A stretch of 64,000 nt of DNA from Escherichia phage vB_EcoM_AYO145A, in the sequence record KR014248. One strand, given 5' to 3'. This document shows positions 35,043 to 44,864 of this stretch, piece by piece; position 1 is the stretch's first letter, and every line of letters starts with the position of its first letter. The notes below the pieces were generated by a model, which saw only the letters and a list, made by a program, of their open reading frames with translations, ran no database searches and was not told the DNA's origin. The position numbers were made by a program, and so were the translations under genes.

Positions 35043-35418
35043 CTGTGCAGCTTCTGTTTTCTAAGAAATACTCAACACCGTACATAGCTTTTTGCATCAA
35101 ATCTTCTTTAAACTGGATACGGTGGTTGAGCATAGCCTGTACATCAATATCATCACGGTGTTTCTCTTTAATATTTGCAGATTGCAGGAAATACTCTGCA
35201 AGAACGCGATACTGATAGTCAGTTACCTTATCAGTCATCTCTGTCAAAGACTCTTCAGAGATTGGTTTAAGTAACTCACCATTAGCTAGAGCAACACCTT
35301 TAACAATCTGGCAAGTGTCTTCTGGAACACCTGATAAGTCCACATTTGGAAGTTCTGTTGCATTGACTGGTAAATTCATTGCCATAACCATTGCAGAAGC
35401 TAATAAAATCTTTTTCAT
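35035..35418 (-). CDS. secreted/periplasmic protein (signal peptide)
   Basis: N-terminus MKKILLASAMVMAMNLPVNA signal-peptide-like. Confidence 0.5.
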   Translation of the reverse strand: MKKILLASAMVMAMNLPVNATELPNVDLSGVPEDTCQIVKGVALANGELLKPISEESLTEMTDKVTDYQYRVLAEYFLQSANIKEKHRDDIDVQAMLNHRIQFKEDLMQKAMYGVEYFLENRSCTGV

Positions 35419-35520
35419 AATGACCTCAAAGTTATATTAAATTTTGTATTACATTGAGTATAAAAATAAGCTATAACACCTGACTTGTCAACAGATTTTA
35501 TAGCTTATTTGGCAGATTTT

Positions 35521-35770
35521 TTATAAGGCTACTGCCATCCTTCCATACCTTACCTTACCACACCTAACCATACCTAACCAAACTACACCATACAATACCT
35601 TGTTAAAAGACCCTTTTAAAGACCTTTTAAAAAGGTAAGTCTCATTTTAATGTAGTTGAGACTAGCTACCCATACTTTACCTTACCATACCAGACCTCAC
35701 CCCGCCTTACCGCACCAGACAGCACAATGCAGTACAGTACCTTATTAAAAGACCCTGTTTAAAGACATTT
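35521..35770. repeat. intergenic repeat region A: G-free ACC-rich iteron-like tracts plus conserved palindromic box (homologous to 36884-37215)
   Basis: Tracts 35530-35600 and 35666-35735 lack G on plus strand; box AAAGACCTTTTAAAAAGGTAAGTCTCATTTTAATGTAGTTGAGACT shared with second region. Confidence 0.7.
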
Positions 35771-35794
35771 TAAAAAGGAGCCTCCGAAGAGGCT
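35770..35794 (-). terminator. rho-independent terminator on minus strand (AGCCTC-UUCG-GAGGCT + U-run)
   Basis: Minus-strand hairpin with tetraloop followed by CCTTTTTAA, immediately after minus gene ending at 35806. Confidence 0.5.
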
Positions 35795-35805
35795 ACCTAG
35801 TCAAC

Positions 35806-36246
35806 TTAGAAAGGTTTTCTACGTTGCTTGTTAATATTAGCTTTCATAGCAGCTAAATGGTTTTGCTGTTCAATTAGTCGTGAACGTTCTTGATGACTAA
35901 GTGCCATAGTGTTCACATTCTCAATTGCTTGAGTGGCTTGCTTTAAAGCGCGACCAATCTTACCAGACATTTTACGTTTTGCAATAGTTGCTTGATGCTT
36001 AGGTTCGACAACACGATAACCAACACCCATTGAAGCAACCAGATAAATCTTCTCTTCTTTAAGAAGCTTCTCAATAAACTTCTCAAGTCGATTTAAGCGT
36101 GTAAGTGCGTAAGCTTTCATTTCATCTTCGTACTTAACAATGTCACCTTGATAAGTTGGCTTCACAATACCTAAGAAGGTATCCATCTCAGAGTGTGATA
36201 CAGTGTCACCGTAACTAAACTTTGCTGCTAATGCTTTTGTATTCAT
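35806..36246 (-). CDS. hypothetical protein
   Basis: ORF track. Confidence 0.5.
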   Translation of the reverse strand: MNTKALAAKFSYGDTVSHSEMDTFLGIVKPTYQGDIVKYEDEMKAYALTRLNRLEKFIEKLLKEEKIYLVASMGVGYRVVEPKHQATIAKRKMSGKIGRALKQATQAIENVNTMALSHQERSRLIEQQNHLAAMKANINKQRRKPF

Positions 36247-36248
36247 AA

Positions 36249-36854
<606 letters not shown>

Positions 36855-36883
36855 TTAGTTGATTGTTAAGTTGTTTGTAAAGA

Positions 36884-37215
36884 ACCCTCAACAGAAGACT
36901 CTTTAGAAACTTGGTAGATTTTTAACGTGGCTACTACCATCCACCCATACCATACCGAGCCTTACCTTACCAAACCAGACCGCGCCTTACCAAACCAGAC
37001 CAAACATTACTTTACCCTACCTCATTAAAAAACCCTCTTAAAGACCTTTTAAAAAGGTAAGTCTCATTTTAATGTAGTTGAGACTAACTACCCATACCGA
37101 ACCTCACCGCACCATACTACACCTGACACCACCTTACACCACCTTACACCACCGCACCATACCTGACCGAGCTACACATCACTTAAAAACCCTCTTAGAA
37201 GACTCTTAAGTGATG
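36884..37215. repeat. intergenic repeat region B: ACC-rich direct-repeat tracts (CACCTTACAC x2 etc.) plus same palindromic box
   Basis: Box at 37024-37090 near-identical to 35603-35665; tandem CACCTTACACCACCTTACACC at 37128-37150. Confidence 0.7.
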
Positions 37216-37280
37216 CTGGTGAGTACCCGTTGGTTTATGCTGCTCAGTATACTCACCAAATTTTCTATGTCAACAACTTT

Positions 37281-38381
37281 TTACTCATAATCCCTAATAA
37301 CTAACCCAACAGGGAACTGTAAAGACCCCTTACGAGTCATCTTCTGGAACTGAACCGTTAAAGGCTTCCCGATAAACTCTTCAGGATGCTCAGCCAGATA
37401 CTGCTTTTTCTCATGAGTGGTTTTCCATGAGACATCTACAAAGACGTTAGGAAGAGTCTCTACAACGAACTTACCATGACCACGTTTATCAGTCTTTACA
37501 CCAGTTACTTTAAACTCTTCAGTGTGCATCTTCTTGTGCTTAATCAAGAAGTATGAACGGTGACAACACTCGTAGAAGGAGTCTTCAGAGATTGAACGGT
37601 ACATTGCACCTTCAAACTTAGCTTCAACCCACTTATCATGAGCTTCATCAAACTCTTCCCAAGAATTTACACGGATAGTCTGCACAGGAACAACTCTACA
37701 GGTATCCCCAAGCTCAACAATAGGTGAGTTATCAATAACTTCACGACGCTCAGGCCAAGATTTTGAATTGTCGCAGATATCATACCAGTAGAATTTAAGA
37801 AGGTGACGGTCTGGATTGTCAGCATTCTTAATCATAGATACAATATCTTCTAAGTCCCAACCATGAGCATAAATCTCACCATCAAAGTCTTCAACTTGTG
37901 GATGTAATTTAAGCAACAAAAGCAAATCTGGAATTAGTTCTGCTGGAACGTTGTAAACAGTATTCTCACGAGAATAAGCCGTAAAACTAACTAAATCAGC
38001 ATCTCTTGAAATCCTACAACGGACACCATCAAGTTTTGGTTGAGCATCAGCAGGGAACTTCAGATACTTTGCATGGCTAACCTTTGCAGCATCATGAGCA
38101 AGCTGTACACCTACCTTCTCAGTATTCTGTGCAGACTCTTTTGTGTAAGCATAACCTTTGCGGTCTACTTGCTTTTTATACTTAGCAGCAACTTCAAAGA
38201 GAGCTTGTTGTTCAGCGTTACGCTCATTCTTTTTACCGATGTTTTTAGGCTCTGCTGTGTACTCTTCAAACATCATCTTGCCATTTTCTTTACCGTAGGT
38301 TGTAATAACTTTGTCACCTACAGCAACACATGACCAGACGTTGAAGGAACCATCTTTATTTTGTTTGTACAGAATTGTCAT
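37281..38381 (-). CDS. ATP-dependent DNA ligase
   Basis: Adenylation motif KLDGVRC; start taken at MTILYKQ directly after upstream gene stop (ORF track frame extends to 38417). Confidence 0.8.
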   Translation of the reverse strand: MTILYKQNKDGSFNVWSCVAVGDKVITTYGKENGKMMFEEYTAEPKNIGKKNERNAEQQALFEVAAKYKKQVDRKGYAYTKESAQNTEKVGVQLAHDAAKVSHAKYLKFPADAQPKLDGVRCRISRDADLVSFTAYSRENTVYNVPAELIPDLLLLLKLHPQVEDFDGEIYAHGWDLEDIVSMIKNADNPDRHLLKFYWYDICDNSKSWPERREVIDNSPIVELGDTCRVVPVQTIRVNSWEEFDEAHDKWVEAKFEGAMYRSISEDSFYECCHRSYFLIKHKKMHTEEFKVTGVKTDKRGHGKFVVETLPNVFVDVSWKTTHEKKQYLAEHPEEFIGKPLTVQFQKMTRKGSLQFPVGLVIRDYE

Positions 38382-38382
38382 T

Positions 38383-38574
38383 TTATTCCTCTGAATGATA
38401 CCAAGTATTGCAAGCATTACATGCGTAAAGCTCTAAGTCATTTTTATCTGGTTTATGAAAGCAGTTTGCTCCGCAGTGGCAACGGAATGGCTTTCCACCA
38501 ACTGTCAGGGTGAATGATTGAATCTTCCCATCAGGAGTTCGTACAGCATTTTTATGCTTATCTTCTTTGTTCAT
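38383..38574 (-). CDS. small zinc-finger protein
   Basis: CHCGANC...CNACN. Confidence 0.45.
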   Translation of the reverse strand: MNKEDKHKNAVRTPDGKIQSFTLTVGGKPFRCHCGANCFHKPDKNDLELYACNACNTWYHSEE

Positions 38575-38792
38575 TTTCTCTTACCACCAATCTCTACGTC
38601 AATCACTTGAACATCACCAGCAACATCAAACTTATGAATGATGCTTTCCACAGTGTAAGTCCAACCCTCAATGCGAACCAATTCACCTTCTCGCGGTACG
38701 ATTGGGTTACGTTGAGCTATGGTTGTAGTGGAGTGAACAGTATCATAACGGTAGATATAGTTTACTAAGACTTGCATCTTGAAAAACCTCAC
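38571..38792 (-). CDS. hypothetical protein
   Basis: ORF track. Confidence 0.45.
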   Translation of the reverse strand: MRFFKMQVLVNYIYRYDTVHSTTTIAQRNPIVPREGELVRIEGWTYTVESIIHKFDVAGDVQVIDVEIGGKRK

Positions 38793-39025
38793 TCAATAAC
38801 AGTAGTGTGTGATTGACTATTTTTACCATAACGATAAGATGTTGTCGTTTGAGAGTTTGGACATCTTACAACAACAATATCTGTGCTTATTGCATCCTCA
38901 TTCAGCTTATAGACTTTACAATCTTGCATCTCTGGTGGGAGACTATAAGAAGCATTTTTATCTTCATAAGAAGGGTTGCAGCCAGATAGAAAAATAACAC
39001 CAAGCACAATTACTGATTTCCACAT
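38789..39025 (-). CDS. putative lipoprotein
   Basis: Signal peptide with lipobox LSGC. Confidence 0.45.
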   Translation of the reverse strand: MWKSVIVLGVIFLSGCNPSYEDKNASYSLPPEMQDCKVYKLNEDAISTDIVVVRCPNSQTTTSYRYGKNSQSHTTVIE

Positions 39026-39182
39026 AATACTTCTCCTGTCTGTTGTTCACGATACTCAAGCTCTCTGAAAGTTTTGTAGTAATGAATTTTGTAGTACGCT
39101 ATCTCATTACTTTTTACATTTGTTTTGAGCAGATTCCAGTCAGAATCTTTACCCATCCTTCCCCAGAGACTATATAACTTAT

Positions 39183-39416
39183 TCATAACAATTCCAAGAT
39201 ATCAATACGTTCACCCTTAAGAACACCTGTACGGTCTTTTGCAATCTTACCTTCAACAATAAGAATGTGTGCAGACCTTAAAGTGTCACTGTTAAAGGCT
39301 TTTACGAACTTGCTAGGCATCACTACAATACACATCTCCTGAATCAACTCTGGGGTATAGCAGTTGTCGTGAAGTTGCTGAATAACGTCTGCAAGTGTCA
39401 TTTTTGATGTCTCCAA
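39183..39416 (-). CDS. hypothetical protein
   Basis: ORF track. Confidence 0.45.
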   Translation of the reverse strand: METSKMTLADVIQQLHDNCYTPELIQEMCIVVMPSKFVKAFNSDTLRSAHILIVEGKIAKDRTGVLKGERIDILELL

Positions 39417-39607
39417 TACTCAATGTCAATAAGTTCTTGTGCAATGCTTTTCAGATTACCTTTCAAGAAAACCTTCTCAGAACCTGAAAGAGATGAGTTG
39501 TCAATTAACCTGTTCATTCTCTCAAACAACTTCTGCTTACGATTTTTGATAGTCTCCTTTGAAGCACCTTTCATCATCGCTGCATGGGTTCTTCCACGGT
39601 GGCTCAT
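39398..39607 (-). CDS. hypothetical protein
   Basis: ORF track. Confidence 0.4.
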   Translation of the reverse strand: MSHRGRTHAAMMKGASKETIKNRKQKLFERMNRLIDNSSLSGSEKVFLKGNLKSIAQELIDIEYWRHQK

Positions 39608-39668
39608 AAGCCCTCCTATATAAGATATAGTATAAGGTACTCTTCCATGAGCACCCTGTCAACACTAA

Positions 39669-42368
39669 TTAGTGAACCTCAAGCCAGCTTTTACCAACCT
39701 TACCAGTACCTGTAACAAGCGTTTCTTTCTTAAGACCTAAGTTCTTAGAAGCTTGTCCATAATACCAGTCAGTAACTGCTTTCACTTCTGCCGTCATACT
39801 TTCTGGACATTCCCAACTCGTCTCGTCGTGATATGCGCAGAGTAAACGAGCACCAATAGCTGGTTTGCGACCATTCAACTTCATCAAGCCTTCGTCAATC
39901 ATACGACGACAAGCAAGGTTAATCGCCTCATTTTGAATCTGAGCCTCCGAACCCATGAGCAAATAATTCAATAACTTGTGTGGAGATTTACACCACAACC
40001 AAGCTCCAGCAACCTTTACAAAACCCCCTTTAGAGATTGCAGCGGTCTTACCAAACACCTCTTCAAGTGCCTTTTTAGTTGCTTTGTAGTCAGCTTCCAA
40101 GTTATCTAATAGTTTCTTAATCTTTGGCAAACGCACAAAGTAAGTCTGTTTAGTTAATGCACCTTCCTGAGTAGTGGCTGCCTTAATAGTTTTAGCAAAC
40201 TTCTCATCACCTGCACCAAACAGTAGTGCATAGATACCATTCTTAGCTTTCTTACGACCTTTGCTAATCTCATGAAGAAGATTCTCATCCTGAGTAGCTC
40301 GACAAGTCAAGATATCCTGCTCATCATTCAAGCTAAAGTAAATACTGTTCAGTGTGTGTGCATCAGTCCCTGAATAGACAACGTAAAGGTCATTCTCAGA
40401 GTCATAGCGAAGGTACTTATCAATCTCTGGATTGAGGTACTCATCAAAGTGTTTGCAGTAATAACGTCCGTCTTCTTGACGAATAAATTCAATCTCTTCT
40501 TTACCTTGCGTTACCGCTTTGGTGAAGTCTTTATCACCCATAAAGTTACAAAGAAGAACTAGCTGAGCTGAGTTCATATCTACAGAGACAACGTTAGTAC
40601 CTTCCTCACAAATCCACACTGCCCTCATTGGTTCCCCATAGACAGCAGCACCAGACGGTACGTTTACAATACCATATTGTGTCATACGTCCAGTTGAAGT
40701 ACCAAACACCATTGCACCAGCACTAAGGCGACCATCAGGACGAATCTGGTTCAACCAACCTTTTTCATCATCCTTTGAGTTCTCAATAGTTCTGCGTCTG
40801 TGCATCAAAGTGTAGTATTTCGCAATCTTCTGTCCAAGCTCACCTTCAATCGTATCATAAGATGATTCAGTAAGTTTTGGTGAAGTACGGATTAAGCAAG
40901 GCTCAAGCAAATCTGTGTACTTTTTCACAGACCAGTTATGCTCAATGTACTGGACACCTTCATGTTCAACATAACTCAAACCACACCGTTCAACCATCTC
41001 CTGCCACTTAGGATGCTTGGTAATCATCTTTTTGTTGTCTTTGAAACGACAAACCTTAACAGGACGACCATCTGAGTCTTTCTTGTAGTTCCAGTCATCT
41101 GGAATCCAACCAACTGATTTCAAGTAGTCTTTAACAACTGCTACCTGAGTCATACGAGAAACTTCGAACTCAATTGGTGTATATGGTGCATCAATCAAAC
41201 CTGTGTAGCGACTTGACTCAAGTTCAAAGTGGTTAACAACATGACTGTTATAGTACTTCACAGTCTTAACTGTTTTTACTGGCTTCCAGTCTTTGCATTT
41301 CTTACCAATCTTTGCATTCAACTCATTGCAAATTGCACGAGCATCCTTCATTGCTACAAAGCCTTCCTTGTACTCTTCACCAGTCACAGAGTTGGTTGGC
41401 GTATAGCAATTTCTCTTTTCAATGTTAAAAATCTTTGTAGTTGGCTTACCAAATGGTTTTATTTCATAAGTCTGCATCTCGCCATTACGTACCTGCTGAC
41501 GATACTTTGTCTTAGGGTACTTGGTAATTCTCTTCAGTCCATCTGCATGACCAAACGCTTCAACATACTCATTCCAAGCTTTTGCAAATTCTTCTCCAGT
41601 GACTTTACCTTTGGTCTTAATAGTTGGTGGAAGGTGTGGTTCAACTTCTGAAGCAAGCTCATTAGTCAACTTGTCAAGTTCCTTTACATGGAACTCCATA
41701 AGTTCTTTATCAGCTTTCCAACCATTGATAGCTTGTTGACTCATCCAGAAAGATGTTTCTTTAGCTCGCATGTAGGTTTCATAAGTATCTACGCCACACT
41801 TCTTCAGCTTCAGATATTCATTATCCAATGCACGTTTAGTTTTGGCGTTGATACGGATATCTTCCACAACACGAGTAAAGATTTCTGCATTCCACACACC
41901 CCAATGTTCAATCTCTGGTTTACGGACACCAACACGAGCACCCCATGCTGCCAAGCCATGAGCACCTTTATAGCCTTTTGGAGTTGGTCTATCCATCCAC
42001 TGAACACGAGACTGGATAAGAGAATCCTGAAAGAAATTACTCCACGGCTTACACTTTGGATTATCAAAGTTCCACAAATCAGGTGCAATGTGATTGAAAA
42101 CCCACCAGTCATAACCGAGACCATTATGGATGCAAAGACGTTTTGCCTTTAACGCAAATTCAACACCTTCACGTAAGCCGCCCTTAATGTACTTGGTATA
42201 CTTATGACCGAGAATAGGTTCATCTGTAAAGACCCATACAGGTGGCTCTTCATCGTCAGATTTATAGTCTGCGAAAGCCATTACGTGCACTTTAGTGAAC
42301 TCAAGGAGTAAACCATCAGTTTCTGTATCACCAACTAAATGTAAGTTTTTAAAATCTACGTTTTCCAT
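39669..42368 (-). CDS. DNA polymerase, family A, with 3'-5' exonuclease domain
   Basis: Exo I motif DTETDGL, motif B-like KNGIYALLFGAG, motif C CAYHDE; start at MENVDF with AGGGAG RBS. Confidence 0.85.
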   Translation of the reverse strand: MENVDFKNLHLVGDTETDGLLLEFTKVHVMAFADYKSDDEEPPVWVFTDEPILGHKYTKYIKGGLREGVEFALKAKRLCIHNGLGYDWWVFNHIAPDLWNFDNPKCKPWSNFFQDSLIQSRVQWMDRPTPKGYKGAHGLAAWGARVGVRKPEIEHWGVWNAEIFTRVVEDIRINAKTKRALDNEYLKLKKCGVDTYETYMRAKETSFWMSQQAINGWKADKELMEFHVKELDKLTNELASEVEPHLPPTIKTKGKVTGEEFAKAWNEYVEAFGHADGLKRITKYPKTKYRQQVRNGEMQTYEIKPFGKPTTKIFNIEKRNCYTPTNSVTGEEYKEGFVAMKDARAICNELNAKIGKKCKDWKPVKTVKTVKYYNSHVVNHFELESSRYTGLIDAPYTPIEFEVSRMTQVAVVKDYLKSVGWIPDDWNYKKDSDGRPVKVCRFKDNKKMITKHPKWQEMVERCGLSYVEHEGVQYIEHNWSVKKYTDLLEPCLIRTSPKLTESSYDTIEGELGQKIAKYYTLMHRRRTIENSKDDEKGWLNQIRPDGRLSAGAMVFGTSTGRMTQYGIVNVPSGAAVYGEPMRAVWICEEGTNVVSVDMNSAQLVLLCNFMGDKDFTKAVTQGKEEIEFIRQEDGRYYCKHFDEYLNPEIDKYLRYDSENDLYVVYSGTDAHTLNSIYFSLNDEQDILTCRATQDENLLHEISKGRKKAKNGIYALLFGAGDEKFAKTIKAATTQEGALTKQTYFVRLPKIKKLLDNLEADYKATKKALEEVFGKTAAISKGGFVKVAGAWLWCKSPHKLLNYLLMGSEAQIQNEAINLACRRMIDEGLMKLNGRKPAIGARLLCAYHDETSWECPESMTAEVKAVTDWYYGQASKNLGLKKETLVTGTGKVGKSWLEVH

Positions 42369-42428
42369 TTTTACTCCCTCTAAAATCATTAACCTCATAC
42401 ATTACTGCAAAAAATTATAAAAAGCAAG

Positions 42429-42457
42429 TTGACAATGCACTTGACAAGGTGTTAATC
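42429..42457 (+). promoter_or_regulatory. sigma70-like promoter with tandem TTGACA and conserved CTTGACAAGGTG box
   Basis: TTGACA 42429-42434, 17-nt spacer, TTAATC; divergent region between polymerase and plus-strand block. Confidence 0.4.
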
Positions 42458-42625
42458 TTTGCGAAGTGGGTTTTTACTTAAAAGGTTACTTAACAGTTTA
42501 ACTATACAGATACTTTAAAACTCTTAAAAGATTATTTAATAGCTTTTAAGAAGCTTTAAAGTATAACGTATAGAATACGTTAAGATAAAAGATTAAAACT
42601 TAATAGTTACTTAAAAGAGGCTTAC

Positions 42626-43048
42626 ATGCAGAAAATGTTTGTTCACCCAGACATAGCTGACTTTGTTAGAGCTTTGCAGAAGTTGGAAGAACTTGACATT
42701 GCTGCTCAACGGGAATATGCTCACCATCACAGGAGAATGGTTGATATACAACATGAAATAGAGTTGTCTGAAAACTATGAAGATGACTTAAAATGCTCTG
42801 TGTTTGAGCATATGAAAGATGTTGCTACAGCGAGACGCAAAGCTAAAGACACAGTTTCTTTACTAGATTCTCTTAAAAAGAGGTTGCAAAGTGGTACAGA
42901 CCTGTGTAATCTAGCGTCACTGATTAACGATGTTGAAACTTCTTGGGATAGACACTATTATCCACGTTCTGAAAAGACACTTGACTTTTCTTCATCCGAA
43001 AACTTAAAATGTTCTAGAAAGAAACTTAACCAACTGAGAGAGAAATAA
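42626..43048 (+). CDS. hypothetical protein
   Basis: ORF track. Confidence 0.5.
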   Translation: MQKMFVHPDIADFVRALQKLEELDIAAQREYAHHHRRMVDIQHEIELSENYEDDLKCSVFEHMKDVATARRKAKDTVSLLDSLKKRLQSGTDLCNLASLINDVETSWDRHYYPRSEKTLDFSSSENLKCSRKKLNQLREK

Positions 43049-43049
43049 T

Positions 43050-43850
43050 ATGAATATCGATGTAGAAAAGATGCTTGAAGAGAAAGGTGTTGATGAAGCA
43101 TTCTTAATCAATGCCGTAGAAAGCATGGCTATGATTCTTCGTGGTAATAACTACACAGAACAGTTTATGCCTGCAAGTTATAACTTGCCTGAAGACAAGT
43201 CTGATAACGGTGCTTTTGCAGAACAGGTTAATATGATGTTGACAGACACTACACTTGCTCTGGCATCTATTGCGGTTGGTGTTGATGCACTTGCTGAGTT
43301 CATTTTTTATGAAATGCAAAAGAATGACTATATCAGGATGTCAGACGAAGATAAGGAACTGTTGCTGACTAAGGACACTGATTTCATTATTGATACGCTT
43401 ATCTCATCAACGAGTGCTGTTATGGCTGTTCTTGAGAAGCGTATGGAAGAGAAACTTTCACGATATGAAAAACTTGATTGGGGCGTAGAAGAATTAAACC
43501 CACGAATCAAAGAGATTATCCAGCAAACTAAAGAGTCTTTGGAAGAAGCTGTTGAAAATGACTCTGTAGCTGACATTGAACCACTTCAGGTGAAAGTTGC
43601 ACTGATGATTCCAGCTATCTCTACGATGATGAATATCGTTGCACTAATCCAACTGTCACAGATGATGGGTGTGAGTATTGAGTTCATTGAGGAAATGACT
43701 GGTGGCGTTAGTATGCAAGCAATCAATGATGTTTTGGTGAATATTGGTGCTTCAATCATTGAAGAGAAACTACGCATTAACTTTGGTGATGATTTTGTGA
43801 AGCAAATCTCAGCTATGGCTGAAAAAGAGTATGCTGACCAACTGCACTAA
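43050..43850 (+). CDS. hypothetical acidic protein
   Basis: ORF track. Confidence 0.5.
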   Translation: MNIDVEKMLEEKGVDEAFLINAVESMAMILRGNNYTEQFMPASYNLPEDKSDNGAFAEQVNMMLTDTTLALASIAVGVDALAEFIFYEMQKNDYIRMSDEDKELLLTKDTDFIIDTLISSTSAVMAVLEKRMEEKLSRYEKLDWGVEELNPRIKEIIQQTKESLEEAVENDSVADIEPLQVKVALMIPAISTMMNIVALIQLSQMMGVSIEFIEEMTGGVSMQAINDVLVNIGASIIEEKLRINFGDDFVKQISAMAEKEYADQLH

Positions 43851-43868
43851 GTCTTTATAAATCTTACA

Positions 43869-43892
43869 AGCCTCCTTAGTTGGGGGCTTTTT
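43869..43892 (+). terminator. rho-independent terminator
   Basis: GCCTCC-loop-GGGGGC + TTTTT. Confidence 0.45.
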
Positions 43893-43911
43893 AGTAATTA
43901 AGGGAGATAAA

Positions 43912-44655
43912 ATGAGTAATATTATTGCATTTACTGGAAAGGCACGTTCTGGAAAAGACACCTCGTGTTCTATTGTGAAGAACATCTTAGAAGATGAATA
44001 TGGCTATAATGTTGCTGTAATGGCTTATGCAGACAACCTTAAGCTATCTGCATCAAAGATATTTGACCTGACTTGGAATGACCTGTATGGTGAAACTAAA
44101 GAGACTCCACAGGTTTTTGATTTATCATACTCTGAACTTATGCCTAAAGTTACGGAGGCTATCGAGTTCACCTTCAGAGATGAACGTTACCATATGGACT
44201 TTAAGCTTATGTCAGAGTTAACCGGACGATTGGTCATGGAGCTTAAGAAGGTCGCTAAACCGACTCTATTGACACGTCTAGGGTTTAGTAAAAAGTATAA
44301 ATTCTCATCAAGACAAATTCAACAGATTTGGGGTACTGAAGTCATCCGTAAAGTTATGGGTGACAAATTCTGGGCTAAAGACCTTGAAAAACGAATGGCT
44401 CGCTTCTTTGAATCTTGTTCACTTATGAATCAAGAAGGTGTTGTTTTAATCAGTGACTTAAGGTTTGACTCTGAAGCTGAGTGGCTGAGTAGATTTGCAC
44501 ACCAAACTATTGAAGTAAAAAGAGACAACGTGGACAAAGTTTCATCACATGTTTCAGAAAATGGGATTTCTACCAAATATGCGCGTGACATTATCCATAA
44601 TAATGGTACTCTTGCAGACCTTGAAAGTAAGCTAAGAGCTATCCTGAAAATTTAA
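43912..44655 (+). CDS. deoxynucleoside monophosphate kinase
   Basis: P-loop FTGKARSGKDT and overall resemblance to T4 gp1-type dNMP kinase (recalled). Confidence 0.65.
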   Translation: MSNIIAFTGKARSGKDTSCSIVKNILEDEYGYNVAVMAYADNLKLSASKIFDLTWNDLYGETKETPQVFDLSYSELMPKVTEAIEFTFRDERYHMDFKLMSELTGRLVMELKKVAKPTLLTRLGFSKKYKFSSRQIQQIWGTEVIRKVMGDKFWAKDLEKRMARFFESCSLMNQEGVVLISDLRFDSEAEWLSRFAHQTIEVKRDNVDKVSSHVSENGISTKYARDIIHNNGTLADLESKLRAILKI

Positions 44656-44663
44656 AAGAGAGA

Positions 44664-44864
44664 ATGAAGATGAGAGTAAAAGATAATTTTAAAGTTATTG
44701 ACCATCGTTTAGTGGAACTCTCATCTCTTTCCAATGAGGTAATGATTGAACGTCTTAAGAGAGTTGAATCACGAAGGAAAGAGATTGCAGATGAAATTCA
44801 TGAACTGGACAAGATTGAAAATGGATTAAAAGCAGAACTACAACGAAGAGGTGCTAATGTCTAA
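44664..44864 (+). CDS. hypothetical coiled-coil protein
   Basis: ORF track. Confidence 0.45.
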   Translation: MKMRVKDNFKVIDHRLVELSSLSNEVMIERLKRVESRRKEIADEIHELDKIENGLKAELQRRGANV

